From positions 1,024,001 through 1,088,000 of the forward strand of contig CBDFJF010000002.1 in NCBI GenBank assembly GCA_965248265.1: a DNA stretch of 64,000 nt, given 5' to 3'. Below the pieces are notes generated by a model. That model made no database searches. It was not told the origin of the DNA and saw only the letters and a list, made by a program, of their open reading frames with translations. Position 1 is the first letter of the stretch, and each line of letters starts with the position of its first letter. A program made the position numbers and the translations under genes. Below are positions 9,688 to 19,983 of the stretch, piece by piece. This stretch comes from Candidatus Latescibacterota bacterium. GTDB taxonomy: Bacteria; Latescibacterota; UBA2968; UBA8231.

Positions 9688-10284
9688 ATGATGGCGGATA
9701 TCCATGCGAGCTGGAAGCGGGATTTTGATGTGTACGATCGAATAAAGGAGGTGGGGATCGATTTGGGGGAAAAGTCGGGTACGATCTCGGATCCCAAGGG
9801 AAGGCGTATCTGTTCGCTGACGTTCACGCCGTCCGGTCTGGTGTTTTCATCCGGAACCGGTGGCGGCACGGGGGCCGTGACGAACGACGACGACGACGTC
9901 GAACGGGGTTACGAAGCCGGACGGACAGCCGGTATGAGCCACATCCGCTCCCTGCACTGGGGACTGGATGGCTACGGCACCCTCAATGATGTGTGGTACT
10001 GCGTCAAGTGCATCGGCATGATCAACTCGCATGGTGGCGGCTCCTTCTCCAAGACCCCACGGGTCGTCGACGGGTACACAACTGTCTTCCACGACGTCTT
10101 CGGGGGGCCGTTGTCGCAGTTTGCCCATGACGGAACCGACTCCTCACTGTCGGGATGGCATACCCGCAGCGCTGTTGCCGGTTTTGACCTGCCTGGCCAT
10201 TGCACGATCGAGCCCGAGATGATCTACCAGATCGATCCCGATCTGGCGTTGAGGATCGTGCGCGAGCGCGGACCCCATATTTAG
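9688..10284 (+). CDS. RidA/YjgF-like (Atu1372-type) protein
   Basis: VKCIGMINS, VVDG, HTRSAVAGFDLP...IEPE. Confidence 0.7.
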   Translation: MMADIHASWKRDFDVYDRIKEVGIDLGEKSGTISDPKGRRICSLTFTPSGLVFSSGTGGGTGAVTNDDDDVERGYEAGRTAGMSHIRSLHWGLDGYGTLNDVWYCVKCIGMINSHGGGSFSKTPRVVDGYTTVFHDVFGGPLSQFAHDGTDSSLSGWHTRSAVAGFDLPGHCTIEPEMIYQIDPDLALRIVRERGPHI

Positions 10285-10389
10285 CGCCCTGTCACGAAAG
10301 TATTCCCCTCCGTATTCGGCGCCCATTTCCAAGCCTACTTCCGTGGAGGGCACTAACGGGGGTTTGAGCGCGGCCTGTTTGTCTTGATA

Positions 10390-10418
10390 TTGACAACTAG
10401 CCGGACGACTAATAGAAC
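10390..10418 (+). promoter_or_regulatory. Sigma70-type promoter
   Basis: TTGACA-17 bp-TAGAAC upstream of the ORF at 10442. Confidence 0.5.
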
Positions 10419-10441
10419 GAACACCATATCACTGGAGTAAT

Positions 10442-11470
10442 GTGATGGGCCCACCTTGCGTGATCCTCATCGGGTTTGATGCAGCCGTACTCGCATCCCA
10501 GGCAACGCAGGCGGGTTGGCCAGCCTGTGAGATCGTGCGGATGGCGAGCGGTGGCGAGGCCGTCGACCACGTACGCAGGGATACGGACGCCGCGGTGGTC
10601 GTGGCGCGCACAAAGCTGAGCGACATGTCCGGGCTGGAGGCATTGAGTCGAGTCGCCGATGAGGTCCCTGCGGCGCGGCGCATCCTGGCCACGGGGGAGT
10701 TGTCGGAGGATGTCAGGCAAGCGTTGGATGGCGCGAAGGTGCACGCGATCGCACCAGAGGATGAAGAAGCCCTGCTCGCGGCGGCGGTGCGTGACGCTCT
10801 CGAACACAGTGTCCTTGAAGCCAATCTCAGGTCCACCACCACCCAGATGGAGTTGCTCCGCTCCGAGCTCGAGGACCGGGTTACTGAACGCACCGATCAG
10901 CTTGAAATGAAGATCCGCGAGCTGGAAGGCCGCAGTCGCATCGCCCAGCACCTTCTGCGCGTCCACACGATGGATGGAACGCTGGAGGAGGTGCTGAAGG
11001 TGCTTACCCAGACCCTGAGGCTGGAACGGGCGGTCGTCCACCTCGCGCAGGGAAACCAGCTGCATCCGAGCGCGGCCATCCGTCTCCACGACCACGAAGA
11101 GGCGGAAGTCTACGATCCGGGGGAGGTCGAGTCGTCGGCGCTGGTCCGGCAAACACTGGAGGAGGCTCGTTCCAGCCGGCAGAGCCAGAATGTGGTAGAT
11201 CCCCAGACCCCGTTCGTGTCGCCGTTCGCAGTCGTGCCCATCCTGCGTCAGGACGAATTGCTCGGGTTGATCGAGGTCGAGAATTTTCGCAGCCAACGGA
11301 GCATCACCGAGGCGGAGATCGAGGTTCTTTCCAACCTCGCGGTGGAAGTGGCCGTGGCCATACAGGACGTGCGCTATCACGAAAGCTTCGAACGCTGGAA
11401 ACACCAGCTTGAACGGATTCTGACCGAAGTCGAGCGGGTTGACTCGTTTGGCGAAGATCGACCGGTTTGA
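10442..11470 (+). CDS. Receiver-like domain + coiled coil + GAF domain signalling protein
   Basis: REC-like segment SGGEAV...DMSGLEAL...RILATG; LEDRVTERT coiled coil; GAF VPI..QDELLGLIEV. Confidence 0.75.
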   Translation: MMGPPCVILIGFDAAVLASQATQAGWPACEIVRMASGGEAVDHVRRDTDAAVVVARTKLSDMSGLEALSRVADEVPAARRILATGELSEDVRQALDGAKVHAIAPEDEEALLAAAVRDALEHSVLEANLRSTTTQMELLRSELEDRVTERTDQLEMKIRELEGRSRIAQHLLRVHTMDGTLEEVLKVLTQTLRLERAVVHLAQGNQLHPSAAIRLHDHEEAEVYDPGEVESSALVRQTLEEARSSRQSQNVVDPQTPFVSPFAVVPILRQDELLGLIEVENFRSQRSITEAEIEVLSNLAVEVAVAIQDVRYHESFERWKHQLERILTEVERVDSFGEDRPV

Positions 11471-11493
11471 GGCAATAGATTCGGTAACCAGCC

Positions 11494-13704
11494 ATGGCTA
11501 CTGACGGCAGGAGAAAGCGAGGCGGCAAGCAGCGGGGGAGTCATGGCGCCAGCCGCCGACGACCCCGAGAGGGGGCTCTCGACAAAGCCTATCTCGAAGC
11601 CCTGAAGGATGTGCAAGGGGAGGAGGGGGCCCTTCCCGAGGCGTCTCCTGAGGCGGGTGGTGCAGAGGGAGCCGGGACCGCAGATCCGGGGGGGCGCAGT
11701 CACTTTGGTGAACAGCAGCAGGCCTGGGTGGTGGTGCAGGCGGCCAAAGACGGCTCCGAAGCACGACTGCTGGAACTCAGCCTGGGCGGCGACCTGACGG
11801 TCAATCTGCAGTCTTTGATGGACGCTCTGCGGGATCTCTACGGTATCACAGCCGGAATTAATGAGGAGTTGCTGGGGCAGCTGTTCGGTCGGGCAACCAA
11901 GGCTCCGGCCAGTGTCGTGCGCGGCAATTTTCCGATCGCTCGATCGGATTCCCCGCAGCAGTCAGTCGAAGAGGAGGTCGAATTCCTATTCGCGCCTGCG
12001 GGTGACATCACCGCGCTGACCTTTCCGCAGTTGACGGCCGCTCTGGGCGAGGATGATCTGCAGAAGGTCGTCAGCCAGGATGTGCTGACCCAGCTGGTGA
12101 CCCCGGAACAGGAGCTGGCCCGGTTGCCGGCTGCAAGTGGAGACACGGCAGTGAACATATACGGCAAGCCGATCACGGCGGAGCCGAGTGAGCCTCCCCT
12201 CGTGGCTGGTGGCAACGCCCGTGTCGCCGCCGGCATCATTATCTCCGAGATATACGGGTACGTCTGCCTGGAAGATGGCCGGCTTTCCGTGCTGTCGCCG
12301 CTCTGGGTTTCCGGTGACAACATGGAGGCTTTCTTTGTCCGTTTCCCGCAAGGTCAAACTCCCCCTCGCCCGCAGTCCGACTGGTTGTTGAAGCTGCTGG
12401 AGATGAGGAGTATCAACAGCGGTATCGACGAACCCGCCGTCGAGAAGCTGTGCCGGCAGGACTTGCCGGCCTCCAAGCGCACGGCGGTGCGCATCGCCAG
12501 TGCCAAAGAGCCCGTCAACGGGAGGGATGCCCGCGTCGACTACGAGTTCGATCCAGTCAAGAAGGCCGGACTGGTACTGGAAGACGGCTCGATCGACCTG
12601 CGGGAGCGCAACGTCAGTATCTCGGTCGCCGCTGGCGATATGCTCGGAGAATTCGTGCCTCGTTCGACGGGAGAGGCCGGGGTCGATCTGTCGGGCAAAG
12701 AGCTTCCGGCCAATGACGGCGCTGAGCGCACCTTCGTGGCCGGTGAGAACGTCCGAGTGGAAGAGGAGGGCGAGGACACTCAGAAGTTCTACGCCGAGAT
12801 AGCCGGCCACGTCGCCATCGACGGAGACACCCTCCATGTGCGCACGGTCTTCGATGTTCGGGGCGACCTGGACTACGACGTCGGCAACCTCGACGTGCCT
12901 GGTGATGTGCACATCAGCGGTTCTGTAAAGCCAGGTTTTGTCGTCAACGCCGGCGGCAGCGTCACGGTCGGAGGCGCTGTTGAGCTCGGCGCTTCCATCC
13001 ACGCCAAGGGCGACGTTGCGGTGTCGCAGGGAATCCTCGGCGACACCACCAGGGTGGTCGCCCTCGGAGACGTGGAGACCAAGCATATACAGAATAGCTC
13101 GGTCATGGCCAAGGGCACCATCACGGTCGGCAGCTATATCTTCAATGCCCGCGTCCGGGCCGGTGTCCAGGTTGTCGTCAAGACCGGGGGGGGCGAGCGT
13201 GGGGGCAGCATCGTCGGTGGCGAAGTCATCGCCTCACAGGGGATCCAGGCACGACTCCTGGGATCGTCTTCGACCGACCGCACCGTCGTGGGCATTGGCG
13301 CGAACCCGGAAGATGGCGCTCATCTGGCGCAGCTGGAGAAGTCTCAACAACACGTTTCGTCAGAGACCATGCGTCTTTTGCGTACCCTTGGTGCTGATAC
13401 CGTGGATGTCGAGGAACTCAAGGAACGCATCCGCAAGACGCCTCAGCCGCGGCGTGAGCGGGTGCTGGAGATGATGCGAAAGTTGCAAGAGCTGGAGGGC
13501 AAGAAGAAGGAGATCCTCGAGTCCAGAAGCGAGTTACAGGGACGAGTTGAGGCCGGGCTGTCGAAAGCCAAGATCACGATAACGGAGGCGGTCTACACCG
13601 ATGTCCATTTTCGTTTCGGTGACACGACCCAAATCGTCAACGCGGATCTCGGGCCGAGCGTGTTCCTGTGGTCCAACGGGAAGATCGGCTACCGGCTTCC
13701 GTGA
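11494..13704 (+). CDS. FapA (DUF342) family protein
   Basis: PVNGRD, GSIDLRE, beta-helix GDLDYDVGNLDVPGDVHISGSV, C-terminal coiled coil. Confidence 0.85.
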   Translation: MATDGRRKRGGKQRGSHGASRRRPREGALDKAYLEALKDVQGEEGALPEASPEAGGAEGAGTADPGGRSHFGEQQQAWVVVQAAKDGSEARLLELSLGGDLTVNLQSLMDALRDLYGITAGINEELLGQLFGRATKAPASVVRGNFPIARSDSPQQSVEEEVEFLFAPAGDITALTFPQLTAALGEDDLQKVVSQDVLTQLVTPEQELARLPAASGDTAVNIYGKPITAEPSEPPLVAGGNARVAAGIIISEIYGYVCLEDGRLSVLSPLWVSGDNMEAFFVRFPQGQTPPRPQSDWLLKLLEMRSINSGIDEPAVEKLCRQDLPASKRTAVRIASAKEPVNGRDARVDYEFDPVKKAGLVLEDGSIDLRERNVSISVAAGDMLGEFVPRSTGEAGVDLSGKELPANDGAERTFVAGENVRVEEEGEDTQKFYAEIAGHVAIDGDTLHVRTVFDVRGDLDYDVGNLDVPGDVHISGSVKPGFVVNAGGSVTVGGAVELGASIHAKGDVAVSQGILGDTTRVVALGDVETKHIQNSSVMAKGTITVGSYIFNARVRAGVQVVVKTGGGERGGSIVGGEVIASQGIQARLLGSSSTDRTVVGIGANPEDGAHLAQLEKSQQHVSSETMRLLRTLGADTVDVEELKERIRKTPQPRRERVLEMMRKLQELEGKKKEILESRSELQGRVEAGLSKAKITITEAVYTDVHFRFGDTTQIVNADLGPSVFLWSNGKIGYRLP

Positions 13705-13754
13705 TCCTGCACTCTATTGACTGATCCACAAAAAGCCCTTCGCTGGCCGACTCC

Positions 13755-14729
13755 ATGATGAAACAAGGCAACGTTGTACCCGACTCGTACATCCGCGTGA
13801 TGCCGGACAAGCTAAATATCTTCGTCCGATCGGCATTTTTGAAGGCCGGTCTGGGTGAAGAGATGGCTCAGCTCATGGCCGATGCCCTGGTAGCGGCAGA
13901 TCTGCGTGGTGTCTTCAGCCATGGTACGAGGATGACGGGGGGCTACGCGCGGAGTTTCATGGACGGTAAACTGAACCCGCGAGCGCAGATCGCAGTTGAG
14001 CGCGAAACGGCGACCATGGTCCATGTCGACGGCGACGGAGGCCTGGGGTACGCACCGTCGTTCAAGGCCGTTGGCATGGCGGTAGAAAAGGCCCGCTGTC
14101 AGGGCCTGGCTGTCGCGACCACCTGCAACCATGGGCATTTCGGGGCGGCCGGTCACTACACCCGAGTGGCAGTGGACGCTGGTTGCATCGGCCTGGCCGT
14201 ATCGTCCCATCATCGAGATTACACCTCCGACACCTCCATACTTCATGCGGGTGGTGCGTCTCCCATCAGCATCGGTGTGCCGGCTGGCGTGCAGCCACCC
14301 CTGGTCATCGACATGGCCACGGCGGGCAAACAGGCGTTGGAGCTGTTCACCGAGATGCAGGGCACTTTCTTCAAGATGCTCGGTTTCAGCCTCGTCTGTC
14401 ACGCGCTGGGTGGGATTGCATCCAGCATGGTATCCCGGGAGGAGTCCGGACCGCGCCAGTGGGAAGGAGTAAATCAGGGCGCTTTCTTCCTCGTCATCGA
14501 TCTCGGGCAGCTGATCGACCCGGAGACCCACCGGCGGCAGATGGATGAGTTTATCGCGGGGTTACGGCAGTTGCAGCCCGCTCCCGGTCTCGATCGCGCC
14601 GATGCTCCGGGTGGGTTGGAGCACGAACATGAGCGCGAATGGGTGCGCGAAGGTATTCCAGTAGGCGAGGAGCATCAGGAAATACTGGAGAAGGCGGGCA
14701 CGGATCTCGGCCTTCCCACCCCCTGGTGA
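13755..14729 (+). CDS. Type 2 malate/L-lactate dehydrogenase (Ldh_2) family oxidoreductase
   Basis: ADLRGVFSHG, DGDGGLG, HFGAAGHY, DMAT. Confidence 0.9.
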   Translation: MMKQGNVVPDSYIRVMPDKLNIFVRSAFLKAGLGEEMAQLMADALVAADLRGVFSHGTRMTGGYARSFMDGKLNPRAQIAVERETATMVHVDGDGGLGYAPSFKAVGMAVEKARCQGLAVATTCNHGHFGAAGHYTRVAVDAGCIGLAVSSHHRDYTSDTSILHAGGASPISIGVPAGVQPPLVIDMATAGKQALELFTEMQGTFFKMLGFSLVCHALGGIASSMVSREESGPRQWEGVNQGAFFLVIDLGQLIDPETHRRQMDEFIAGLRQLQPAPGLDRADAPGGLEHEHEREWVREGIPVGEEHQEILEKAGTDLGLPTPW

Positions 14730-14819
14730 GACCATTTGACGCCATCCGATTTGGCCGTAGCGTTTATCGGAGCCAGGCGAGTCACTGATACTACCCCGAA
14801 ACACGGAGCAGGAGGCTAC

Positions 14820-15491
14820 ATGAAGGTCCTTCTCACAGGCGCAGACCGGCCGCTGGGAGCTCTGGCGGCAACGCGTCTGAGCGAAACTCATCACTTGCGG
14901 CTAACGGGTTCGGCGTCGGCCCTCGAGGGCAAGCTATCGGCGATGGACTACCGAGCGGCCGATCTCAGGGTGCCTGAAGAAGCTGCGCCTCTGATCGAAG
15001 GTATGGATGCGATCGTCCATCTCGATCCCTACGATCCCGCCCCAATCACCGGCGCAGACGCCGAGCAGGAACGACTCGATATTGCCGGACGGGGCACCTA
15101 CGTGCTGCTGCAAGCCGCGAGTCAGGCCGGCATCACGAGGGTCGTCGTCGCCAGTACCATGGCCCTGTTCGACAGCTATTCCGACGATTACGTCATCGAT
15201 GAGACCTGGCAGCCGCGACCGGCTGCGCAGGCCGAATCCCTGGCCCCGATGATGAGTGAGCTCAGCGCGCGGGAATTCGCGCGGCAGGGGGAGCTTTCCA
15301 TTGTCTGTCTCCGTTTTGGCGCCCTATCCGGAACAGAGGGTACCACCGAAGATGATGCTGTGGGCGCGCTGGCAGAAGCGTTGACGATGGAGTTCAATCA
15401 ACCGGGTTACCTCTGGCATCTGTTTCATGTGGTCTCGACCGGCCGCTTCGCCAACCAGGGCAATCCACTTCCACTGAAATCGTTTCACTAG
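14820..15491 (+). CDS. Atypical NAD(P)-dependent epimerase/dehydratase-fold protein
   Basis: Start at ATG 14820 with GGAGG RBS; Rossmann start MKVLLTGA, RVVVAST, LRFG; catalytic motifs degenerate. Confidence 0.75.
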   Translation: MKVLLTGADRPLGALAATRLSETHHLRLTGSASALEGKLSAMDYRAADLRVPEEAAPLIEGMDAIVHLDPYDPAPITGADAEQERLDIAGRGTYVLLQAASQAGITRVVVASTMALFDSYSDDYVIDETWQPRPAAQAESLAPMMSELSAREFARQGELSIVCLRFGALSGTEGTTEDDAVGALAEALTMEFNQPGYLWHLFHVVSTGRFANQGNPLPLKSFH

Positions 15492-15499
15492 GCTGATTG

Positions 15500-16300
15500 A
15501 TGACTGCAATCAACCATGGCAACGTCTGCATCTACGGGGCCGGCGGTCCGGTCGGCACCGTAGCTGCCGACTCACTGCGGGATCATTACACGCTCCGGCT
15601 GACCGACTTGCGAGCGGTTGAAGACATCACGACGCCGCAGAAAGCAGCGGCTCCGAGACCGGTCCCCCCAGAATCGCCACACGAGTGGCGCCAGGTCGAC
15701 ATAACCAACTACCAGCAAGTTCTGGAGGCGGCCAGAGGCATGGACGCGTTGATCAACGTCTCGGTGCTGCGCAGCGAACTGGTCCCGGCCTTCCGGGTGA
15801 ACATGATCGGCGCATACAACGTCATGAAGGCAGCCGTTGAATGTGGAATTACCCGCGTCATTCACACCGGGCCACGTCACATCTCGCTGCGACACGAGGG
15901 TGATTACCGGCATGATTTTGACGTCACAGACGATGCTCCTCTCCATCCTGGCACCGATCTGTACGCCCTGTCAAAATACCTCGGCGGCCAGATTGTCCGG
16001 GTATTCGCAGAGGAACACGGGCTCGAGGTCATCACTTTCCTCTACTGCCACTTCAAGCCCGCGGACGGCGGCGAGGCCGAGGACGGCACTGGTATCTACC
16101 CCTTTTCGACCTCATGGGAGGACACGGGAGAGGCCTTCCGCTACGGTCTGCGAGCGACAAATTTACCAACGCCACACGAAGTTTTTGACATCGTTGCGAC
16201 GTTGCCGCACGGTAAGTTCAGCAACGAGAAGGCACAACGCCTGTTGGGGTGGACACCGAAGCACAACTTCGAACGGCTGTATCGACGTTCCCGCAGCTGA
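15500..16300 (+). CDS. NAD-dependent epimerase/dehydratase (uronate-dehydrogenase-like SDR)
   Basis: [23 protein letters not shown]. Confidence 0.85.
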   Translation: MTAINHGNVCIYGAGGPVGTVAADSLRDHYTLRLTDLRAVEDITTPQKAAAPRPVPPESPHEWRQVDITNYQQVLEAARGMDALINVSVLRSELVPAFRVNMIGAYNVMKAAVECGITRVIHTGPRHISLRHEGDYRHDFDVTDDAPLHPGTDLYALSKYLGGQIVRVFAEEHGLEVITFLYCHFKPADGGEAEDGTGIYPFSTSWEDTGEAFRYGLRATNLPTPHEVFDIVATLPHGKFSNEKAQRLLGWTPKHNFERLYRRSRS

Positions 16301-16320
16301 AACCAAACGATAGGTGGGGC

Positions 16321-17238
16321 ATGACAGAATCTGACGCTGCGGAGAGGCGCACGCTGCTGTATTCCCTCTTGGGTGATCTGCCGGACGCAGAACGACCGAT
16401 CGGAGTCGAGAAGGTCTGCGAGGAAGAGGTCGATGGCGAGTACAGGCTGGAGACCCTGGTTCTGGATCTCAATGGCATCGAGGCGGTGCCGGCCTATCTG
16501 GCTACCCCTCTGCACACGACGGGGGGTGTTCCCGCCGTGTTGTATAACCACGCACACGGCGGAGACTACAAACTGGGCAAGAGGGAGTTCACCGTCGGCC
16601 GGCCGGCGCTGCAAAGGCCTGCCTACGCTCAAGAGCTCACGCACCGGGGGTACTGCGCGCTCTGTATTGATCACTGGCTGTTCGGGGAGCGTCGCGGCCG
16701 CACGGAATCCGAGCTGTTCACGCAGATGCTGTGGGAAGGGCGGGTCCTGTGGGGGATGATGGTATACGACAGCCTGCGCACACTGGACTACCTGGCGTCA
16801 CGGCCCGAAGTCGATCCGAATAGGATCGCTACCCTCGGCATCTCGATGGGCAGCACCATGGCGTGGTGGCTTGCCGCCCTGGACACCCGGATCAAGGTCA
16901 CCGTGGATCTGTGCTGCATGACGGATTTTCAAGCGTTGATCGAGAGCCGGGGCTTGGACGGGCACGGTCTCTACTACTACGTGCCTGCTCTCCTCAAACA
17001 TTTCACGACAAGCCAGATCAACCAGCTGATCGCGCCTCGCGCTCATCTGAGTATCGCTGGTAATTACGACGTACTCACGCCACCGGCAGGATTGGATCGC
17101 ATCGACGCACAATTGACCCAGACCTACGACAAGGCTGGCGTCGCGGATCGCTGGAAGCTGCTGCGCTACGAAACCGGTCACTTTGAAACGGCTCACATGC
17201 GTGCCGAGGTGACGAAGTTTCTGTTGAGATTTCTGTAG
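16321..17238 (+). CDS. Alpha/beta hydrolase (dienelactone hydrolase / esterase-like)
   Basis: HAHGG, GISMG nucleophile elbow, Asp in GNYD, GH near the C-terminus. Confidence 0.88.
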   Translation: MTESDAAERRTLLYSLLGDLPDAERPIGVEKVCEEEVDGEYRLETLVLDLNGIEAVPAYLATPLHTTGGVPAVLYNHAHGGDYKLGKREFTVGRPALQRPAYAQELTHRGYCALCIDHWLFGERRGRTESELFTQMLWEGRVLWGMMVYDSLRTLDYLASRPEVDPNRIATLGISMGSTMAWWLAALDTRIKVTVDLCCMTDFQALIESRGLDGHGLYYYVPALLKHFTTSQINQLIAPRAHLSIAGNYDVLTPPAGLDRIDAQLTQTYDKAGVADRWKLLRYETGHFETAHMRAEVTKFLLRFL

Positions 17239-17252
17239 GAGGTGGATCTCAC

Positions 17253-18317
17253 TTGATTCCGCGAGACGATCCTCTTTTTCCGACCATGGTTATCGGCAGC
17301 CTGCCGCGGCCGGAGTGGGTCGTCGACTTGATCGACGAGCGCACCAGGGGGCGCGTCAGTGAGGCCGAAGCGGACCGATTGCTCGACGACGCTATTCCGT
17401 CAGTCATCCGCATGCAGGAGCGCGCGGGGTTGGACTACATCTCGGACGGTGAGTGGCGCCGCGAGAATTACGCACGCGTTTTCGCCGACAAGGTAGGCGG
17501 TTTCGTGCGCGAGCAGGCAAAGCGTGGTCGACTGACATTGAGCGCCGTCGTCGTCGGTAAGCTCGAAAGACGGGGACCGATCGTCAGCGACGAGGCCGAG
17601 TTTCTGCGGCAGCACACGGATCGCAAGACCATAGTCGCCCTGCCCACTCCGTCCACGATCGCCGACTTGACGTGGCATCCGCAGCGCAGCGCCTCGGTTT
17701 ACCCCACGCGGGAGGCGTTCGCCCGGGCCTGCGTTCCCATCCTGCGGGACGAAATCACAGCTCTGATAGGGCTCGGGGTAAACGCGGTGCAGCTGGATGA
17801 ACCCCTTTTGCATCGCCTGGTCAAGCCAGGGTACTATGACGTAACGGGCCAGCTCGAGGCCACGGTTGATCTTGCGGTGGAAACCGTGAACATGGTGACG
17901 GAAGGTTTTAAGGAGGCATTCATTACTGTCCATCTGTGCCACGCCCACGGGGTCAAGGAACCCGAAACCCCCGTAACTTCTGAACTGATGGGTCGCGCTG
18001 TTCGAGAAATGCGCTCGGATCGCCTGGCGATGGAATTCAACAGCCATGCGGCGCAGGAGCTGCAGGCGCTGACTGATTTTCCGCCGGACAAGCTTCTGGG
18101 ATTGGGCGTAATTCATCCTTCCTGCGACGAAATCGAGACGCCGGAGCTTGTCGTCGAGCGGGCACAGCGAGCATTGGCGTTTATCGACAAGGAAAGATTG
18201 GTATTGAATCCGGACTGTGGACTGTCCACGACGGCGCGCATCGCCGGGGCCGACCGCGCCTATACCAAGCTCGTCGCGATGTGTCAGGGCGCCCAGTTGC
18301 TTCGGCAGATGTTTTGA
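17253..18317 (+). CDS. Cobalamin-independent methionine synthase II (single-barrel MetE-like) family protein
   Basis: IGSLPRP, SDGEWRR, QLDEP; zinc ligands HLC, E, NPDCG. Confidence 0.88.
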   Translation: MIPRDDPLFPTMVIGSLPRPEWVVDLIDERTRGRVSEAEADRLLDDAIPSVIRMQERAGLDYISDGEWRRENYARVFADKVGGFVREQAKRGRLTLSAVVVGKLERRGPIVSDEAEFLRQHTDRKTIVALPTPSTIADLTWHPQRSASVYPTREAFARACVPILRDEITALIGLGVNAVQLDEPLLHRLVKPGYYDVTGQLEATVDLAVETVNMVTEGFKEAFITVHLCHAHGVKEPETPVTSELMGRAVREMRSDRLAMEFNSHAAQELQALTDFPPDKLLGLGVIHPSCDEIETPELVVERAQRALAFIDKERLVLNPDCGLSTTARIAGADRAYTKLVAMCQGAQLLRQMF

Positions 18318-18421
18318 GTGCAGCATCAACGGCTGCGTGAACGGGGAATCGGACTCTCGCTCTTGACGGCAACCTCCATATCAATTTTTATCGCCTCAAC
18401 CCTCGCCCCCAGGAGGCTCCC

Positions 18422-18496
18422 ATGATATTCAGCTTAGCTCAGCTCACTTCCGACCAGCTCCATTCCATAAGGGATCTGGCTGTGAATGATGGATAA
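18422..18496 (+). CDS. 24-codon small ORF (MIFSLAQLTSDQLHSIRDLAVNDG)
   Basis: Perfect AGGAGG at 18411-18416, ATG at 18422, TAA at 18494-18496; too short for the ORF track. Confidence 0.4.
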   Translation: MIFSLAQLTSDQLHSIRDLAVNDG

Positions 18497-18520
18497 CCGC
18501 GGTAACTGCACGATGGAGGA

Positions 18521-19963
18521 ATGATGACGGACCAGAAGACGGAAGCCTACTTCGAAGAGTGGGTCGAGCGCGAGGCCGTGGCGGAGAGGATGATTCCCAT
18601 CATCGGGAAATTGTACCGTGAGCACGGCGTCGTGATCACGGTCTTCGATCGCTCACTGGTACTGAGTTCGCCCGTGGACATTCTATCGGCGCATCGGTAC
18701 TCCCGCCGGATCCACGAACTCAGTATTCAGTTTGGCGCCACCATCGTTGAGGAACTCAACAAGCTGAACCTGGCTTCATCCCGGATAGACATAGGAAAAC
18801 TCGCCCAGCGCTTTCAGGCTCAACCGCAAGGTACGGTCCTGGCAGACTTCGTACGCTCTGAGCTGGCCGATATCAACGTCGGCAAGCGCCGCGTGCAGGA
18901 AGATCCGCAGGACATCGTCCTCTACGGCTTCGGCCGCGTCGGCCGCATGTTGGCCCGCATTCTCATCGAGCGCAGTGGCGGGGGCGATAAATGGCGCTTG
19001 CGGGCGGTTGTCGTCCGCCGGCATTACGCGGGCGATCTACCGAAGAGAGCAAGTCTGCTGCGCAGGGATTCAGTCCACGGGCCGTTCAAGGGAACGATTC
19101 AGCTCGACGAAGAGGAAAACGGCCTGGTCGTCAACGGCAACCTGATGCGCATTCTCTACGCCGAGGCGCCGGATCAAATCGACTACACTCAATTCGGCAT
19201 CAAGAACGCGATTGTTCTGGACAACTCAGGGGCATGGGACGACAGGGAGGGTTTGGAGACGCACTTCGAGGCCAAGGGAGTCTCCAAGGTTATTCTGACC
19301 GCACCCGGGAAAGGGGACATTCCCAACATCATTTACGGGGTCAACAACGCCGACATTCGGCCGGAAGAGCGGCTGTACTCCGCTGCCAGCTGCACGACCA
19401 ACGCCATCGTGCCAGTGCTCAAGGTCATGGATGACCGCTTCGGAATCGAGCATGGCCATATCGACAGCTGCCACTCCTACACCAACGACCAGAACCTGAT
19501 TGACAATTTTCACCCCAAGAGCCGGCGTGGCCGCGGTGCGCCGTTGAACATGGTGATCACGGAGACGGGCGCGGCGCGTGCCGTGGCTAAATCGCTGCCC
19601 CAACTCGAGGGCAAGCTCACCGCTAATGCAATCCGCGTGCCGACACCGAACGTGTCCCTGGCCATCCTCAAGCTGAACCTCGGCCAGTCGACGACACAGG
19701 AAGAGGTCAACGAATACCTAAGAGGAATTGCGCTCGATTCGCCCCTGCAAGGCCAGATCGACTACACCACTTCTACCGAGGTCGTGTCGAGTGATTTCAT
19801 CGGCTCATTGAATACGGGCATCGTCGATGGAACGTCGACGATCGTACAGGAAAATCACTGCGTGATATATGTGTGGTACGACAACGAGTTTGGCTACGCC
19901 TGTCAGGTTGTGCGCATCGTCCAGCACATATCCGGCCTGGAACTGCCGTCCTACCCACACTAA
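18521..19963 (+). CDS. gap: Glyceraldehyde-3-phosphate dehydrogenase, long form with N-terminal extension
   Basis: LYGFGRVGR, ASCTTN, RVPT, WYDNEFGY. Confidence 0.95.
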   Translation: MMTDQKTEAYFEEWVEREAVAERMIPIIGKLYREHGVVITVFDRSLVLSSPVDILSAHRYSRRIHELSIQFGATIVEELNKLNLASSRIDIGKLAQRFQAQPQGTVLADFVRSELADINVGKRRVQEDPQDIVLYGFGRVGRMLARILIERSGGGDKWRLRAVVVRRHYAGDLPKRASLLRRDSVHGPFKGTIQLDEEENGLVVNGNLMRILYAEAPDQIDYTQFGIKNAIVLDNSGAWDDREGLETHFEAKGVSKVILTAPGKGDIPNIIYGVNNADIRPEERLYSAASCTTNAIVPVLKVMDDRFGIEHGHIDSCHSYTNDQNLIDNFHPKSRRGRGAPLNMVITETGAARAVAKSLPQLEGKLTANAIRVPTPNVSLAILKLNLGQSTTQEEVNEYLRGIALDSPLQGQIDYTTSTEVVSSDFIGSLNTGIVDGTSTIVQENHCVIYVWYDNEFGYACQVVRIVQHISGLELPSYPH

Positions 19964-19983
19964 TCAGGTTACTTCAGTCAGAT

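Noticed and set aside
11986-13086. Long antisense or alternate-frame ORFs (also 32781-33842, 47490-48581, 48502-49983, 54031-55218, 55354-56385)
   Set aside because: Shadow ORFs typical of high-GC coding DNA; they have no recognisable motifs and fully overlap well-supported genes.
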